Source: Desulfonatronovibrionaceae bacterium (GTDB taxonomy: Bacteria > Desulfobacterota > Desulfovibrionia > Desulfovibrionales > Desulfonatronovibrionaceae). From it: a stretch of 36,705 bases of DNA. Location of the stretch: the NCBI GenBank assembly GCA_046539845.1, contig JBKHGE010000021.1:1-36705 (forward strand), in the 5' to 3' direction. Shown in pieces: positions 1 to 10,300 of this stretch (position 1 is its first letter; each line of letters starts with the position of its first letter). The notes under the pieces were generated by a model. It was not told the DNA's origin. It made no database searches and was given only the letters and a program-made list of their open reading frames with translations. Both the position numbers and the translations under genes were made by a program.

Positions 1-135
1 TCCGAAATTATTGTTAATGTGCTAATTATGGCTCCTTAAACCTTAAAGTCGAGTCAAAGAGCCATTCATCCCGGAAATTGAATAACCGGGAATTCTTGCT
101 CAATTTTTCTTAAAACTTAAAAACCAACCCAACTA

Positions 136-165
136 TTGACTAACCCGGTCCTGGACATCTATTCT
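136..165 (+). promoter_or_regulatory. Putative sigma70 promoter for the CheY-like gene
   Basis: TTGACT(136-141)-N18-TATTCT(160-165), upstream of an AGGAGG RBS and ATG 236. Confidence 0.4.
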
Positions 166-235
166 TTAGGTCAAAATACCCGGTCCGCGACCCGGCGGCC
201 CTAGCTGTGGAAAACCGTTCACCCCAGGAGGATAT

Positions 236-634
236 ATGCGGTTCCTTGTGGCTGACGACAACGAACTCAATCTCAAGGTCATGGAAAAGCTTTTAAACGA
301 GATCGGTGAATGCGAACTGGTCGTCAACGGCCAGGAGGCGGTTGACGCCTACCGCAGATCCCTGCAGGAGAAACGGCCGTTTTCCGCCGTGTTCATGGAC
401 ATCATGATGCCGGTCATGGACGGGCAACAGGCCTTGCAGGCCATCCGGGAAATGGAAAAAGGGGCCGGGATCAAATTGAGTCGGCAGGTACCCGCCATCA
501 TGGCCACCGCCCTGGAGGACACCAAAAACGTGACCCAGGCCTTTTTCCGGGGCGAAGTCAGCGCCTATATCGTCAAGCCCTTTGACCGGGAAAAGGTGCT
601 CGAGGCCTTGCGCGAAGCCGATCTCCCTGTTTAA
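236..634 (+). CDS. Single-domain response regulator (CheY-like)
   Basis: REC motifs VADDN, FMDIMMP (phospho-Asp), MATA, VKP; AGGAGG RBS. Confidence 0.9.
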   Translation: MRFLVADDNELNLKVMEKLLNEIGECELVVNGQEAVDAYRRSLQEKRPFSAVFMDIMMPVMDGQQALQAIREMEKGAGIKLSRQVPAIMATALEDTKNVTQAFFRGEVSAYIVKPFDREKVLEALREADLPV

Positions 635-712
635 TGCCTTTACCCGCTCCTTGGCGGGCAACCTGCGCCTCCGCGGTTCAACATCCTTGTCCCCTGAATG
701 CCGGTCTTGAGG

Positions 713-1573
713 TTATTCCTTGAACCCGGCCGGCTGATAATAAATGGCCCGCATGTAACGCTTGGGGACCAATTTATCCGTTACCCCGGTCAGGGACTCG
801 GTGGACCCGATGATCAGGTACCCGTCCCTTTCCAGGACCCCGGCTAGGCGCTCAAAAAGATTTTTTTTGTCCTCGCTGCTGAAATAAATGGCCACGTTGC
901 GGCAGAAGATGATGTCATAGCGCTCAAATCCGGAAAACGGCCGCATCAGATTTTGCTTCTTGAATACGGCCATGGCCCGGATCTCGTCCTTTATCCTCCA
1001 CTGCCCGTCCTCCGTGGGGTTGAAATACTTGCGCAGAGAATCCCCGGCCATGCCCCTTTCTATCTCAAAGGAATTATACTTGCCGTAGCTGGCCCGGGCG
1101 ATGGCCTCATCCGATATGTCCGTACCCAGAATGGATACCTGGTATTTGTTCAGATCCGGCAAAACCTCACGCAGGGCAATGGCTATACTATATACCTCCT
1201 GCCCGGTGGAGCAGGCCGCACTCCAAATGCGGATTTTGACCGGGGAGCCCTTTGCGGCCGCGGCGCTGCCCCGCCTGTCTATGAGATCAGGGATTATCTT
1301 GTGCTTCAAGAGTTCAAACGGGGCCTTGTCCCGGAAAAACAAGGTCTCCTTGGTGGTGATAGCGTCAATGATCGCCTTTTCCAGGCGCCCGCTTTTGTCC
1401 GCCCGGGCCTTGTTGTACAGATCGCGGAAGCTTGTTGCCTTTTCCCGGTCCATAAGCCCCTTGAACCGGTTCTCCAAAAGATATCCCTTGCTCTCGTCCA
1501 GACTTATGGCGGTCAAATTATATATATACTGCGCAAAAAGGCGCAGATCTTCCTGGCTTATCTTCATGCTCAT
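713..1573 (-). CDS. cheR: Chemotaxis protein-glutamate methyltransferase CheR
   Basis: TTKETLFFRD, IRIWSAACSTGQEVYS, GTDIS, DIIFCRNVAIYF motifs. Confidence 0.96.
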   Translation of the reverse strand: MSMKISQEDLRLFAQYIYNLTAISLDESKGYLLENRFKGLMDREKATSFRDLYNKARADKSGRLEKAIIDAITTKETLFFRDKAPFELLKHKIIPDLIDRRGSAAAAKGSPVKIRIWSAACSTGQEVYSIAIALREVLPDLNKYQVSILGTDISDEAIARASYGKYNSFEIERGMAGDSLRKYFNPTEDGQWRIKDEIRAMAVFKKQNLMRPFSGFERYDIIFCRNVAIYFSSEDKKNLFERLAGVLERDGYLIIGSTESLTGVTDKLVPKRYMRAIYYQPAGFKE

Positions 1574-1905
1574 CCGCGGAGTATTCTGGTTTCGAAAATG
1601 CCGCTTTTTATTTAATCCACACCCCAGCCAGCAGCCAAAGGCCGGCTACAGAAACTCAGTCCCCAAAAATAAACCGCCCGGCAAAAAAGACTTGAACGCA
1701 AACCAAAGTATTGTCCCCAACCGGGATTTGGCTTTAAACAAGGCCGCCATGCAATCTGCAGCCTCTAGCAGATAATACTGGTTTACCTGGCAGCACTTGC
1801 CGCTTAAGCGAAGCGGACGGCTAAATGAGCCCGTTTAGATGCAGGGCCCGAGCCGGTTTGGGGATATGGCCCACAAACGCCCCGGCCATTCCTGACAAAA
1901 ACAAA

Positions 1906-3000
1906 CTATTTGACCGTATTGACTATCTCTGCGGCTATTTTATCAAGCGGGGCTATGATATCCACCACTCCGGCCTCTATGGCCGTCTTGGGCATGCCAT
2001 ACACCACGCTGGTCTCGGCATTCTGGGCGATACTCACCCCGCCGAAGGACTTGATCACCCGCAGACCCAGGGTCCCGTCGCTGCCCATCCCGGTCATGAT
2101 CACCGCGGTAACCGCGGAGCCATACTCCCTGGCCACGGAACGGAACAGATAGTCTGCCGCCGGCCGGCAATTGTTCTCCGGCGGATCATCAGTTATGCGG
2201 ATAACCTTCTTCCCGGCCGCCCCGGTAACCACCTTCATCTGCTTCTCGCCCGGGGCGATATAGACAATACCCGGATCAACGCCCTCCCCATCCACAGCCT
2301 CCCTGACCGCCAGGGCGCACTTGTTGTCCAGACTGTTGGCCAGGGATTTGGTGAAAAGCGCCGGCATATGCTGGACGATTAATACCGGGACCGGCAGATC
2401 CCCGGGCAGCTGGGGCAGCATCCGGGTCAGGGTGTTCGGTCCGCCCGTGGATATCCCCAAGGCCACGACCGCGGATTTTTCCGTACGCTGCCTTGCCTTT
2501 TCCCGGGCCGTGACCTCATCCGGGGCCGAAGGGACAAGGACTTCCGCTCCCGCCTTGGTCACTCTCTTGCCTTTCCTAAGGTAGCGGCGCACCTCCAGCC
2601 GGTTCTGATAGGCCCTTATCTTGGGCTGAAGGGCCTGACGGAGAGTCTTTATGCCCTGTTCCCTGGTCTCGGTGTCCGGCTTGGCCAGGAAATCAAACGC
2701 CCCCAGCTCCAGGGCCTGCATGGTCGTTTCGCTGCCCTTCCTGGTCAAGGTGCTGAGCATGATCACCCCGACATCCAGGCCTTCTTCCTTTATTTTCTCC
2801 AGGGTCTCAAGACCATTCAAAACCGGCATTTCCACATCCAGGGTGATAAGATCCGGCTTAAGGGAACGGATGCGGAACAGGGCGGACTTGCCGTTACTCG
2901 CGCTGCCTACCACCTCCACTCCCGGGATCTCGGCCAAGAGGTCGGAGACAATCTTGCGGTAGACAATGGTATCGTCCACAACCAAAACCTTAAGGGCCAT
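1906..3000 (-). CDS. cheB: Chemotaxis response regulator methylesterase CheB
   Basis: N-terminal REC (VVDD, LDVEMP); catalytic motifs GISTGGP, VQHMP, TGMGSDG. Confidence 0.96.
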   Translation of the reverse strand: MALKVLVVDDTIVYRKIVSDLLAEIPGVEVVGSASNGKSALFRIRSLKPDLITLDVEMPVLNGLETLEKIKEEGLDVGVIMLSTLTRKGSETTMQALELGAFDFLAKPDTETREQGIKTLRQALQPKIRAYQNRLEVRRYLRKGKRVTKAGAEVLVPSAPDEVTAREKARQRTEKSAVVALGISTGGPNTLTRMLPQLPGDLPVPVLIVQHMPALFTKSLANSLDNKCALAVREAVDGEGVDPGIVYIAPGEKQMKVVTGAAGKKVIRITDDPPENNCRPAADYLFRSVAREYGSAVTAVIMTGMGSDGTLGLRVIKSFGGVSIAQNAETSVVYGMPKTAIEAGVVDIIAPLDKIAAEIVNTVK

Positions 3001-3002
3001 TT

Positions 3003-3443
3003 CTATTTATCCTCCGCTTCGTTCCCCAGGGCATAGGCCAGGATCGTGGCCTTAAGCTCCGGATCATACCACAGCCTGCTTGCGTACTTGCGCATAATGG
3101 TAACCCCCCAGCCGTGCTCCGGACAAACAGATGCCGGATTCGTGCACTCCGGCCGGCCTTCGGGGTCGAATCCCGGGCCCGGATCCTTGATGCACAAAAA
3201 AAGCCGGTCCTTGTCCCGGTGCACGAAAAAGAAAACTGTTTTCTCCGGATCGCTCCCCGCCCCGTGGACCACGGCATTGTTCAGGGCCTCGCGCATAAGC
3301 AGGGTGAACCGGAACAGATGTCCGGCCAGCTTCCGGTCTGTAAGCCACTTCTGGATCCGGTCCACCGCGCGGTCCACCTCCTCCAGGCGGGCCGGGATGC
3401 TGCCGCTCAGACCGCAGGCGTCCTCTTTAAAGCGCCCCGGCAT
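3003..3443 (-). CDS. RsbW/SpoIIAB-like anti-sigma factor Ser kinase (HATPase_c)
   Basis: REALNNAVVHG (N-box), DPGPGF (G1), EHGWGV (G2); no His-phosphotransfer domain; ATG directly follows the upstream TGA. Confidence 0.85.
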   Translation of the reverse strand: MPGRFKEDACGLSGSIPARLEEVDRAVDRIQKWLTDRKLAGHLFRFTLLMREALNNAVVHGAGSDPEKTVFFFVHRDKDRLFLCIKDPGPGFDPEGRPECTNPASVCPEHGWGVTIMRKYASRLWYDPELKATILAYALGNEAEDK

Positions 3444-4544
3444 TCAGATCTCCGTGCCCATGATGATCGTGTCGTCCTCAAAACGACAAGGGTCGGGGCA
3501 CATATGACGGCGTATATCCTCTAGATCGCGGCCCAGGGGGAGATCAGCTGCGGCTGCACAGGCGGACAAAAGCTCCCGGCCCCAGACCGGACCGCGGCCG
3601 TGGATCAATCCATCCGTATACAGATAGACCCGGTCCCCGCTTTGGATCTCCCTTTCCAGGCAGCCGGTCTCGATATTATCAAAGGCCCCCAGGACATCCC
3701 CGTTACTGTGCAGATATTTTGCCTCTTTTGTGGACCGGACGAGCACAGGCGGAGTGTGTCCGGCATTGAAGTGCTGCAGGCTGCCCTGTTCCCTGTTTAT
3801 CAGGGTTATGCCCACGGTCAGGAACTGGTCTTCCGGAAGCAGGCGGCGCAGGACCGCGTTGGCCATGTCCAGGACTTGGCGCACCGGCTGTTTCGGGGTC
3901 AGATTCTCCCCAAAGACCACCTTCAAAGCTGAAGTCAGATAGGCCGTACCCAGGCTGTGTCCGGAGACATCGGCAACCAAGTAGGCGAACAAACCGGGCT
4001 CCAATTCGACTACATCCAAAAAATCCCCGCCCGCCTTCAGGACCGGGTCGAATATATATTCAAACCGCGCCCGGGGGAGGTCTTCGGGCTGGATGAGAAA
4101 AGACTCCTGGGTCTGTTTCAGCTCCTCCAGGATCTTCATCTGCTCCCGGACCAGGACCTCCCTGGTGTATTTGAGGCTCAGATGGACCCGGACCCGGGCC
4201 AGGACCTCGGCCCCGGCAAACGGCTTGCGGATGTAGTCCACCCCGCCCAGATCCAGACCGCGGACAATGCTCTCGGTCTCGTCCATTGCAGAGATAAAGA
4301 TGACCGGAATGCCCGAGGTCTTTGGATCGGACTGCAGCTCGCTGCACACCGTAAACCCGTCCATCCCGGGCATCATTATGTCCAAAACAATCAAGTCCGG
4401 GACCTGCTCCCGGGCCAGGGCCAGGGCGGCCTTTCCGCTGTCCGCCTCCAGCACCTCGTGCCCGTCTCCCTCCAGAGTCTTGCGCAGCACCTTGCGGTTT
4501 AAGGGGTGGTCGTCCACTACGAGGACAAGGGGGTTGGTGCGCAT
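3444..4544 (-). CDS. REC-PP2C (SpoIIE/RsbU-like) response regulator phosphatase
   Basis: REC (VVDD, LDIMMP, KP) followed by GGDF, ADVSGH, NAGH, YTDGL, EDDT. Start placed at ATG 4544, 1 nt after the cheW stop. Confidence 0.9.
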   Translation of the reverse strand: MRTNPLVLVVDDHPLNRKVLRKTLEGDGHEVLEADSGKAALALAREQVPDLIVLDIMMPGMDGFTVCSELQSDPKTSGIPVIFISAMDETESIVRGLDLGGVDYIRKPFAGAEVLARVRVHLSLKYTREVLVREQMKILEELKQTQESFLIQPEDLPRARFEYIFDPVLKAGGDFLDVVELEPGLFAYLVADVSGHSLGTAYLTSALKVVFGENLTPKQPVRQVLDMANAVLRRLLPEDQFLTVGITLINREQGSLQHFNAGHTPPVLVRSTKEAKYLHSNGDVLGAFDNIETGCLEREIQSGDRVYLYTDGLIHGRGPVWGRELLSACAAAADLPLGRDLEDIRRHMCPDPCRFEDDTIIMGTEI

Positions 4545-4545
4545 A

Positions 4546-5001
4546 TCAGCCGCGCTCCGCCTTGAGCTCCAGGACCTTTTCCACGTCCACAATGGCCACC
4601 AGACCGGTTTTGATCCGGACCACGCCCTGGAAATAGGTGCCCCGCACGCCCTTTATATTCGAAGGCGGCGGGGAGATGTCCTCCTCCTGCACGGTATTGA
4701 CATCCGCGATCCTGTCCACCAGCAGTCCGACAAACTCGCCCTTGGACTGGACGATTATCACCCGGGAATAGGCAGTCATTTTGGTCCGGCCCAGTCCGAG
4801 CTTTTTGCCCATATCGATTATGGTCACGATCCTGCCCCGCAGGTTCATGATCCCCAGGACATAGTCCGGCGACTGGGGCACGTCGGTAAACAAAAGCTCC
4901 TTGTTGATCTCCTGGACCTGGCTTATATCCATCCCGCACAAGGCCTTGCCCACATAGAAACAGGACAATTGCAGGGTGCCGCCTTTTTTTTCCTTGGCCA
5001 T
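4546..5001 (-). CDS. cheW: Chemotaxis coupling protein CheW
   Basis: VQEI, VPQSPDYVLGIMNLRGRIVTIID, VGLLVD; start set at ATG 5001. Confidence 0.93.
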   Translation of the reverse strand: MAKEKKGGTLQLSCFYVGKALCGMDISQVQEINKELLFTDVPQSPDYVLGIMNLRGRIVTIIDMGKKLGLGRTKMTAYSRVIIVQSKGEFVGLLVDRIADVNTVQEEDISPPPSNIKGVRGTYFQGVVRIKTGLVAIVDVEKVLELKAERG

Positions 5002-5070
5002 ATAAGCTCCGCTTGTATAAGAGTTCCCGCCCCGGGCCACAGACAAAAACGCCCCCGAACGCCGTCCGGA

Positions 5071-7119
5071 CTAGACCTTGAACCTGGAGACCAGGTTCTT
5101 GAGCCTCTCCGAGAGCTTGGACAGCTCGTCCGCGCTCTGCCTTACCTGGGCGCTGGAGTTGGATATCTCCCCGGCCGAATTGTTCACCTCAGCGATCTCC
5201 CGGGCGATCTCCCCGGCCACGCTGGAACTCTGGGACACGTTCTCGTTTACCTCCTGGATCCCGGACGCGGCTTGGCCCACGTTCTCGGCAATATCCCGGG
5301 TGGTTGTGGACTGTTCCTCCACGGCAGCGGCAATGGTGCTGATAATGGAATCAATATCGTTTATGACCTGGCTTATCTCCTCGATCTCGGACACGGTCAT
5401 GCCCGTGGCGTCCTGTATGGCCTGAATCCGGCCTTTGATCTCGTCCGTGGCCGAAGCGGTCTGCTGGGCCAGTTCCTTAATCTCGTTGGCCACCACCGCA
5501 AAACCCTTGCCCGCCTCCCCGGCCCGGGCGGCCTCAATAGTCGCGTTCAGGGCCAGGAGATTGGTCTGCGAGGAGATGGCGGTTATGCTCTCTGTTACCT
5601 TGCTGATCTCCGAAGCGGCGTTGCCCAGTTCATTGACCCGCTTGGAGGTCTCCTGCGACTTCTGCACCGCGTCATTGGTGATGTTCTTGGCCCTTTCCGA
5701 ATTCTCCGCTATCTCGGAGATGGTCGCACTCATCTCTTCCGAAGAGGAGGCCACTGTGGAGACATTGGTCGAGGCCTGCTCCATGGCCGCGGCCACTGAA
5801 TTCATGTTCGAGGACATCTCCTCCGCGGCAGTGGCCACGGAGTTGGCTTTGGAAGCGGTGCCCTCAGAGCGCTTGGCCATGTCCTCGGAGATGGTGTTCA
5901 GCTCGGTCGAGGACGAGGCCAGGGTATTCACCCCGTTGTTTATATCCCTGAACATTTCGGCGTTGCTGCGGACCATCTCGTTTAAGGCCCGGGCCAGGCT
6001 TCCCACCTCGTCCTTTTGGTCTATATCCAGCTCACTGCTGAAATCACCAGCAGCCATCTTTTTGGCGAATTGCACCCCCTTGTACAGGGGCCGGGTGATG
6101 CTCAAAGTGAGAATACTGCCCAGAACAATCGCGATTATGGTCCCCAGGACCATGCCGGCCAGGGTCAGGATCTGAATAAATCTGGCATTGCTATCCGCAT
6201 CTTGGACAGCCTGTCCGGCAATCTGCTCATTTAAATGGACCAAATCTTCAACCCCGTCCATAACTTCCTGGGCTTCAGTATAGACAGGGCCCATGGCCAG
6301 CTCATTCAACTCATCCCGGAGTGCATCCACCTCTTCAGCCAGTGCCAGCAATTCATCGAAATAGGAAAAGACCTCTTTGGAGGCGGGCTGCATAACATTT
6401 TGGTATACCCTTTGAGCCTCATTCATGTTCCCCGTATTTATCGCCTGCTGAATATCGTGCACGGCTTGATGGAAGCGGTCATGGGGAGCTTGCATATCCT
6501 CCAGGAGTTCAACCAGCTGGGAGTTGTCAAAATCCGTCCTGGCCAGCCATTTGCCAAAATTACAGGCCGTGGGGTCATCATCTCCTTCAAAGGCCTGTTG
6601 CTCGTAAATATGATCGGCCACCCTGACCTCTGCCTGGTAATGGTCCCCTCTAAACAAGCGCAGATTGGATACCAGCCTGGTCGGATCAAGTATCTCGGCG
6701 GCCTCGAACTCTTGGTTAAGGGCCAACCACTGCTCATTGAGTTCCATCCATTCCTCTAGCTGCCGATCTAGCTCATCACTGATCTCAACTTCCTCATCAG
6801 TTGCCGGCAGGGCTTTGAACTGCTCCCACTGCTCAAGCATGGACTCCCTGGCTGTTTTTAATTTCTCCACTTGAGCCCGGCGCTGGTCCATGTTTAAAGA
6901 CTCCGACATCAAAGTCCGCTGGGCGACCATCATTTTCTCGATATTAACCTCGACCTGAAGCAGGTTTTGGATACTGGGCAGACGAACATCTCCTACTTCA
7001 TGGATGTCTCCGCCCAGCCTGACCGCGCCCATCCAACCGGTAATCCCCACGGCCATGGTTATAAGGGCCACAATGAGAAACCCACCGATAAGCTTCACAC
7101 TCAGTTTAACATTCTTCAT
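5071..7119 (-). CDS. Methyl-accepting chemotaxis protein (TM, 4-helix-bundle-like sensor with CZB insert, TM, HAMP, MA domain)
   Basis: Two hydrophobic helices (about aa 10-33 and 314-341); HAMP DEVGSLARALNEM; hairpin tip QTNLLALNATIEAARAGEAGKGFAVVANE. Confidence 0.95.
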   Translation of the reverse strand: MKNVKLSVKLIGGFLIVALITMAVGITGWMGAVRLGGDIHEVGDVRLPSIQNLLQVEVNIEKMMVAQRTLMSESLNMDQRRAQVEKLKTARESMLEQWEQFKALPATDEEVEISDELDRQLEEWMELNEQWLALNQEFEAAEILDPTRLVSNLRLFRGDHYQAEVRVADHIYEQQAFEGDDDPTACNFGKWLARTDFDNSQLVELLEDMQAPHDRFHQAVHDIQQAINTGNMNEAQRVYQNVMQPASKEVFSYFDELLALAEEVDALRDELNELAMGPVYTEAQEVMDGVEDLVHLNEQIAGQAVQDADSNARFIQILTLAGMVLGTIIAIVLGSILTLSITRPLYKGVQFAKKMAAGDFSSELDIDQKDEVGSLARALNEMVRSNAEMFRDINNGVNTLASSSTELNTISEDMAKRSEGTASKANSVATAAEEMSSNMNSVAAAMEQASTNVSTVASSSEEMSATISEIAENSERAKNITNDAVQKSQETSKRVNELGNAASEISKVTESITAISSQTNLLALNATIEAARAGEAGKGFAVVANEIKELAQQTASATDEIKGRIQAIQDATGMTVSEIEEISQVINDIDSIISTIAAAVEEQSTTTRDIAENVGQAASGIQEVNENVSQSSSVAGEIAREIAEVNNSAGEISNSSAQVRQSADELSKLSERLKNLVSRFKV

Positions 7120-7361
7120 GTCTTTCTCCGAAAATATCTGACTGGATGTTTAAGACTAACCTGGCTATGTACAAAGCAAAACTTATCCGCACTTACCGGA
7201 TGTATCCTTTATTTAGCCTGCGCTCCGCTGTTTATATCCCCAAAAAGCCACCCGTTCACCGCCCCTAGGGCCAGAAAGATAATGATAAGCACCCCGAATC
7301 CGCCTGTGATCTTTACCGCCGGCCTGACATCTTTCATGCATGCCTCCCTGCATCCCAAACT

Positions 7362-10300
7362 TTAGCTGTTTACGAAATCATATATACTCTGCAAAAGTTT
7401 TTTCTTGTCCAGCTTGATCTGGTAATCGTCAATGCCCACTTCCTCGCCCCGGGCCACGTCCTCTTCCCCGGCCAGGGAGGTCAGGGCCAGAACCGGCAGC
7501 CTGGAGAAACGCTCATCCGCCCGGATGTGCTCGGTGAGCTCAAACCCGTCCATAACCGGCATCTCCAGGTCAGTGACCACTATGCGCACCTGATCCGGAT
7601 TTTTTTGCAGATAATCCCAGGCCTCGTTCCCGTCGGCCGCGGTCATCACCGGATATCCGGCCTCTTCAATAAATTTCTGGACCTGACCGCGGAAGAAATC
7701 CGAGTCTTCCACCAGAAGCACCCGGTCCGCAGCCCCGTCCGGAACGGATCCGGCTTCCGCCTCTGTGCCCCGGCCCTGGAACCAATGCGGATTCAAAGTC
7801 TCCATGAATTCAAATATATCCACCATGAGCGTGGTCTTTTTGTTCACGATCATAGACCCGGCGATTCCGGTCTGTTTTAAGGTGAAATCGTCTATATGCA
7901 CTCCGACCTCCACGGCGTCCACCGGAGGCGAGGCCAAAAGCCCCACTTCGCGATCGACCATGACAAAGACAATAACCACCATCTCCCCCTGGAGTTCCAG
8001 ATGACCGACATCGGCAACTTCCTCCAGGGCGAACACAGGCAGGCTGCCTCCCCTGTACTGAATGACCTTTTTCCCGCCCACCTCCTCGATCTGGTCGGCC
8101 TGAATCATCTCTACCCTGGAGACCAGGCTAAGGGGCACGGCACAGTTCTCTTTCGGGGCATTATTGAACAAAAATAGAGAATAAACCTCTTCCCGGCGGG
8201 CCTTTTCCTCTTCTTCGGACTCCTCCTCTTTTTCCAGACCGGCCACTGAAGACAGTTTAGCCAGCCGGGCCAGTCCGACTATATCCAGGATAAGGGCCAC
8301 CTTGCCGTCGCCCATGATGGTCGCTCCGGCATAGCCCTCACAGGACTTGAGGTGCCGGCCCAGGGGCTTGACCACTATCTCCACGGTATCATGCAGGGTA
8401 TCCACCACCAGACCGTACTTAAACGAGCCAGCGGAGACTATGACTATGCTCAGATCCCGGCCCCGGTCCAGGCTGATCCCGGATTCCGGACACTGTTTTT
8501 GGCCTTTTTCCTTTTCCCCGGTTTGCGGTTGATCTGCCTGCTCCGGAGCCGAATTCTCCCCTTGTTCGGCGCAGGCTCCCGCCCCGCTGGACCCTTGCAC
8601 GCCCAAGACACTCTTGAGCTCCATAAGCGGGATGAGTTCGCCGCGCAGGACCAAGACCTCGGCATCGCCAACCTTTTCCACCTTTTCGGCCACCTTTTCC
8701 GCCGGGATCTGAATGAGTTCAACCACGTTCACCTGGGGTACAGCGAAACGGTCCTCGCCCACTGAGACCAAAAGACTGGGGATAATGGCCAGGGTCAGGG
8801 GGAGCTTTATCAAAATGGAGGTCCCCCGGCCCAACTCTGTATCTATCTCCACCTGCCCGCCCAGCTTGTCCAGGTTGCTCTTGACCACGTCCATGCCCAC
8901 GCCCCGGCCGGAGACGTCCGAGACCTGCTCCGCGGTGGACAGCCCGGGCATAAAAATCATCTGCAGTTTGTCCGACTCGGACAGGGTCTTTACCTCCTCT
9001 TCGGAAACCAGCCCCTTTTCCACCGCCTTAGCCGCGATCTTGTCCGCGTCCATGCCCCGGCCGTCGTCGATAATGGCGATATTTACCTGCCCGGCGGCGT
9101 GATAGGCCTTGAGCGTGATCCGTCCGGTGCGCTTCTTGCCCGCGGCTTCCCGATCTTCCGGGGATTCTATCCCATGGTCCGCTGAATTGCGGACCAAATG
9201 GGTCAGCGGATCGGACAGGCCCTCCAGGATGGTCTTGTCCAGCTCCACTTCCTTGCCTTCCATTTTCAGATCGATTTCCTTGCCCATCTCCCTGGAGATA
9301 TCCCGGACCACGCGGGGAAATTTGTTGAACACATTGCCCACCGGCTGCATCCGGGTGAGCATTATCGCCTCCTGCAGCTCCGAGGTGACCAGGTCGATGC
9401 GCTGGGCCGAGCTCTGGACGGCCCGCTGGTCCTCCACGGATACGGACTGCATGAGCTGATTGCGGGACAAAACCAGCTCCCCGGCCAGATTCATAAGGTT
9501 CTCCAAAAGGCTGACCTGCACGCGCAGGGAGTCGGACTGCGCGGCCGCGGCCCCCTTTTCCACCCCCTTTTGCTCCTTCTTTTGTTCGGCCTTCGGCTCT
9601 GTCTTTTCCTGCGCCTCTCCGGCCGGCTCTTTCTCGGGTTTTTCTTCCGGGGCAGCCCGGGCCAAGCCTTCCTGATCCGATTCCTCCACGGTCTTTTGCC
9701 CGGCCTCTTGCTCGGTCTCTTGCCCGGCCTCTTGCTCCGGGCCATCCGGCTCCGCATCCGCCGCCTGAGCCGGGGAGGACTTGTCCTGCACCGGCAGGAC
9801 CCGTTCCGGATCCATATCCAGAAAAGTGGTGATTATATCCGGCTCAATAATGGTCGAGAAGAGGACGAACATGGGTAAAACATTGACCATTTGCTCGTCA
9901 TCCAAGGACCCCACCGCCTCGAGATCGGTCTTGATCTCCACTATATTCCCCGTGGACTGCAGCTCCTTGATCAGCTCCAAAGGTTTTTTGTCCTTGCGCT
10001 GCACGTCATGGATAAGGTCGAATTCCAAAAGATAGAGGTAGCTGCCCCCCTTGGTGGCCTGGTTGTAGTCCAGCTCGGAGATGGTAAAAATGCTGCGCTC
10101 CTTTCTGTCCCTTATATCCACCTCCCGGACCACGGACTCCTTTTCCTTCCCGGGCAGATTGTTCGAGGTCACGGATGTCAGGGCCCGGACGTGCTCGGAG
10201 ATATCCATCTCATTGCTCTCAGACACGTTGTCCACGAGCTCGCTCAGGCGGTCAAAGGCCAAAAGGACTATATTGACCACATCCGGGGTCGGAGTGAGCT

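Noticed and set aside
1679..1705. GGCAAA...ACGCAAA, c-di-GMP-I-like words
   Set aside because: Spacing too short, no pairing stem, and on the wrong strand for cheR.
4267..5799. 510-aa plus-strand ORF and other long antisense ORFs (e.g. 33077-34297, 22183-23133, 19930-20865)
   Set aside because: Shadow ORFs opposite well-supported genes in GC-rich DNA; no recognisable motifs.
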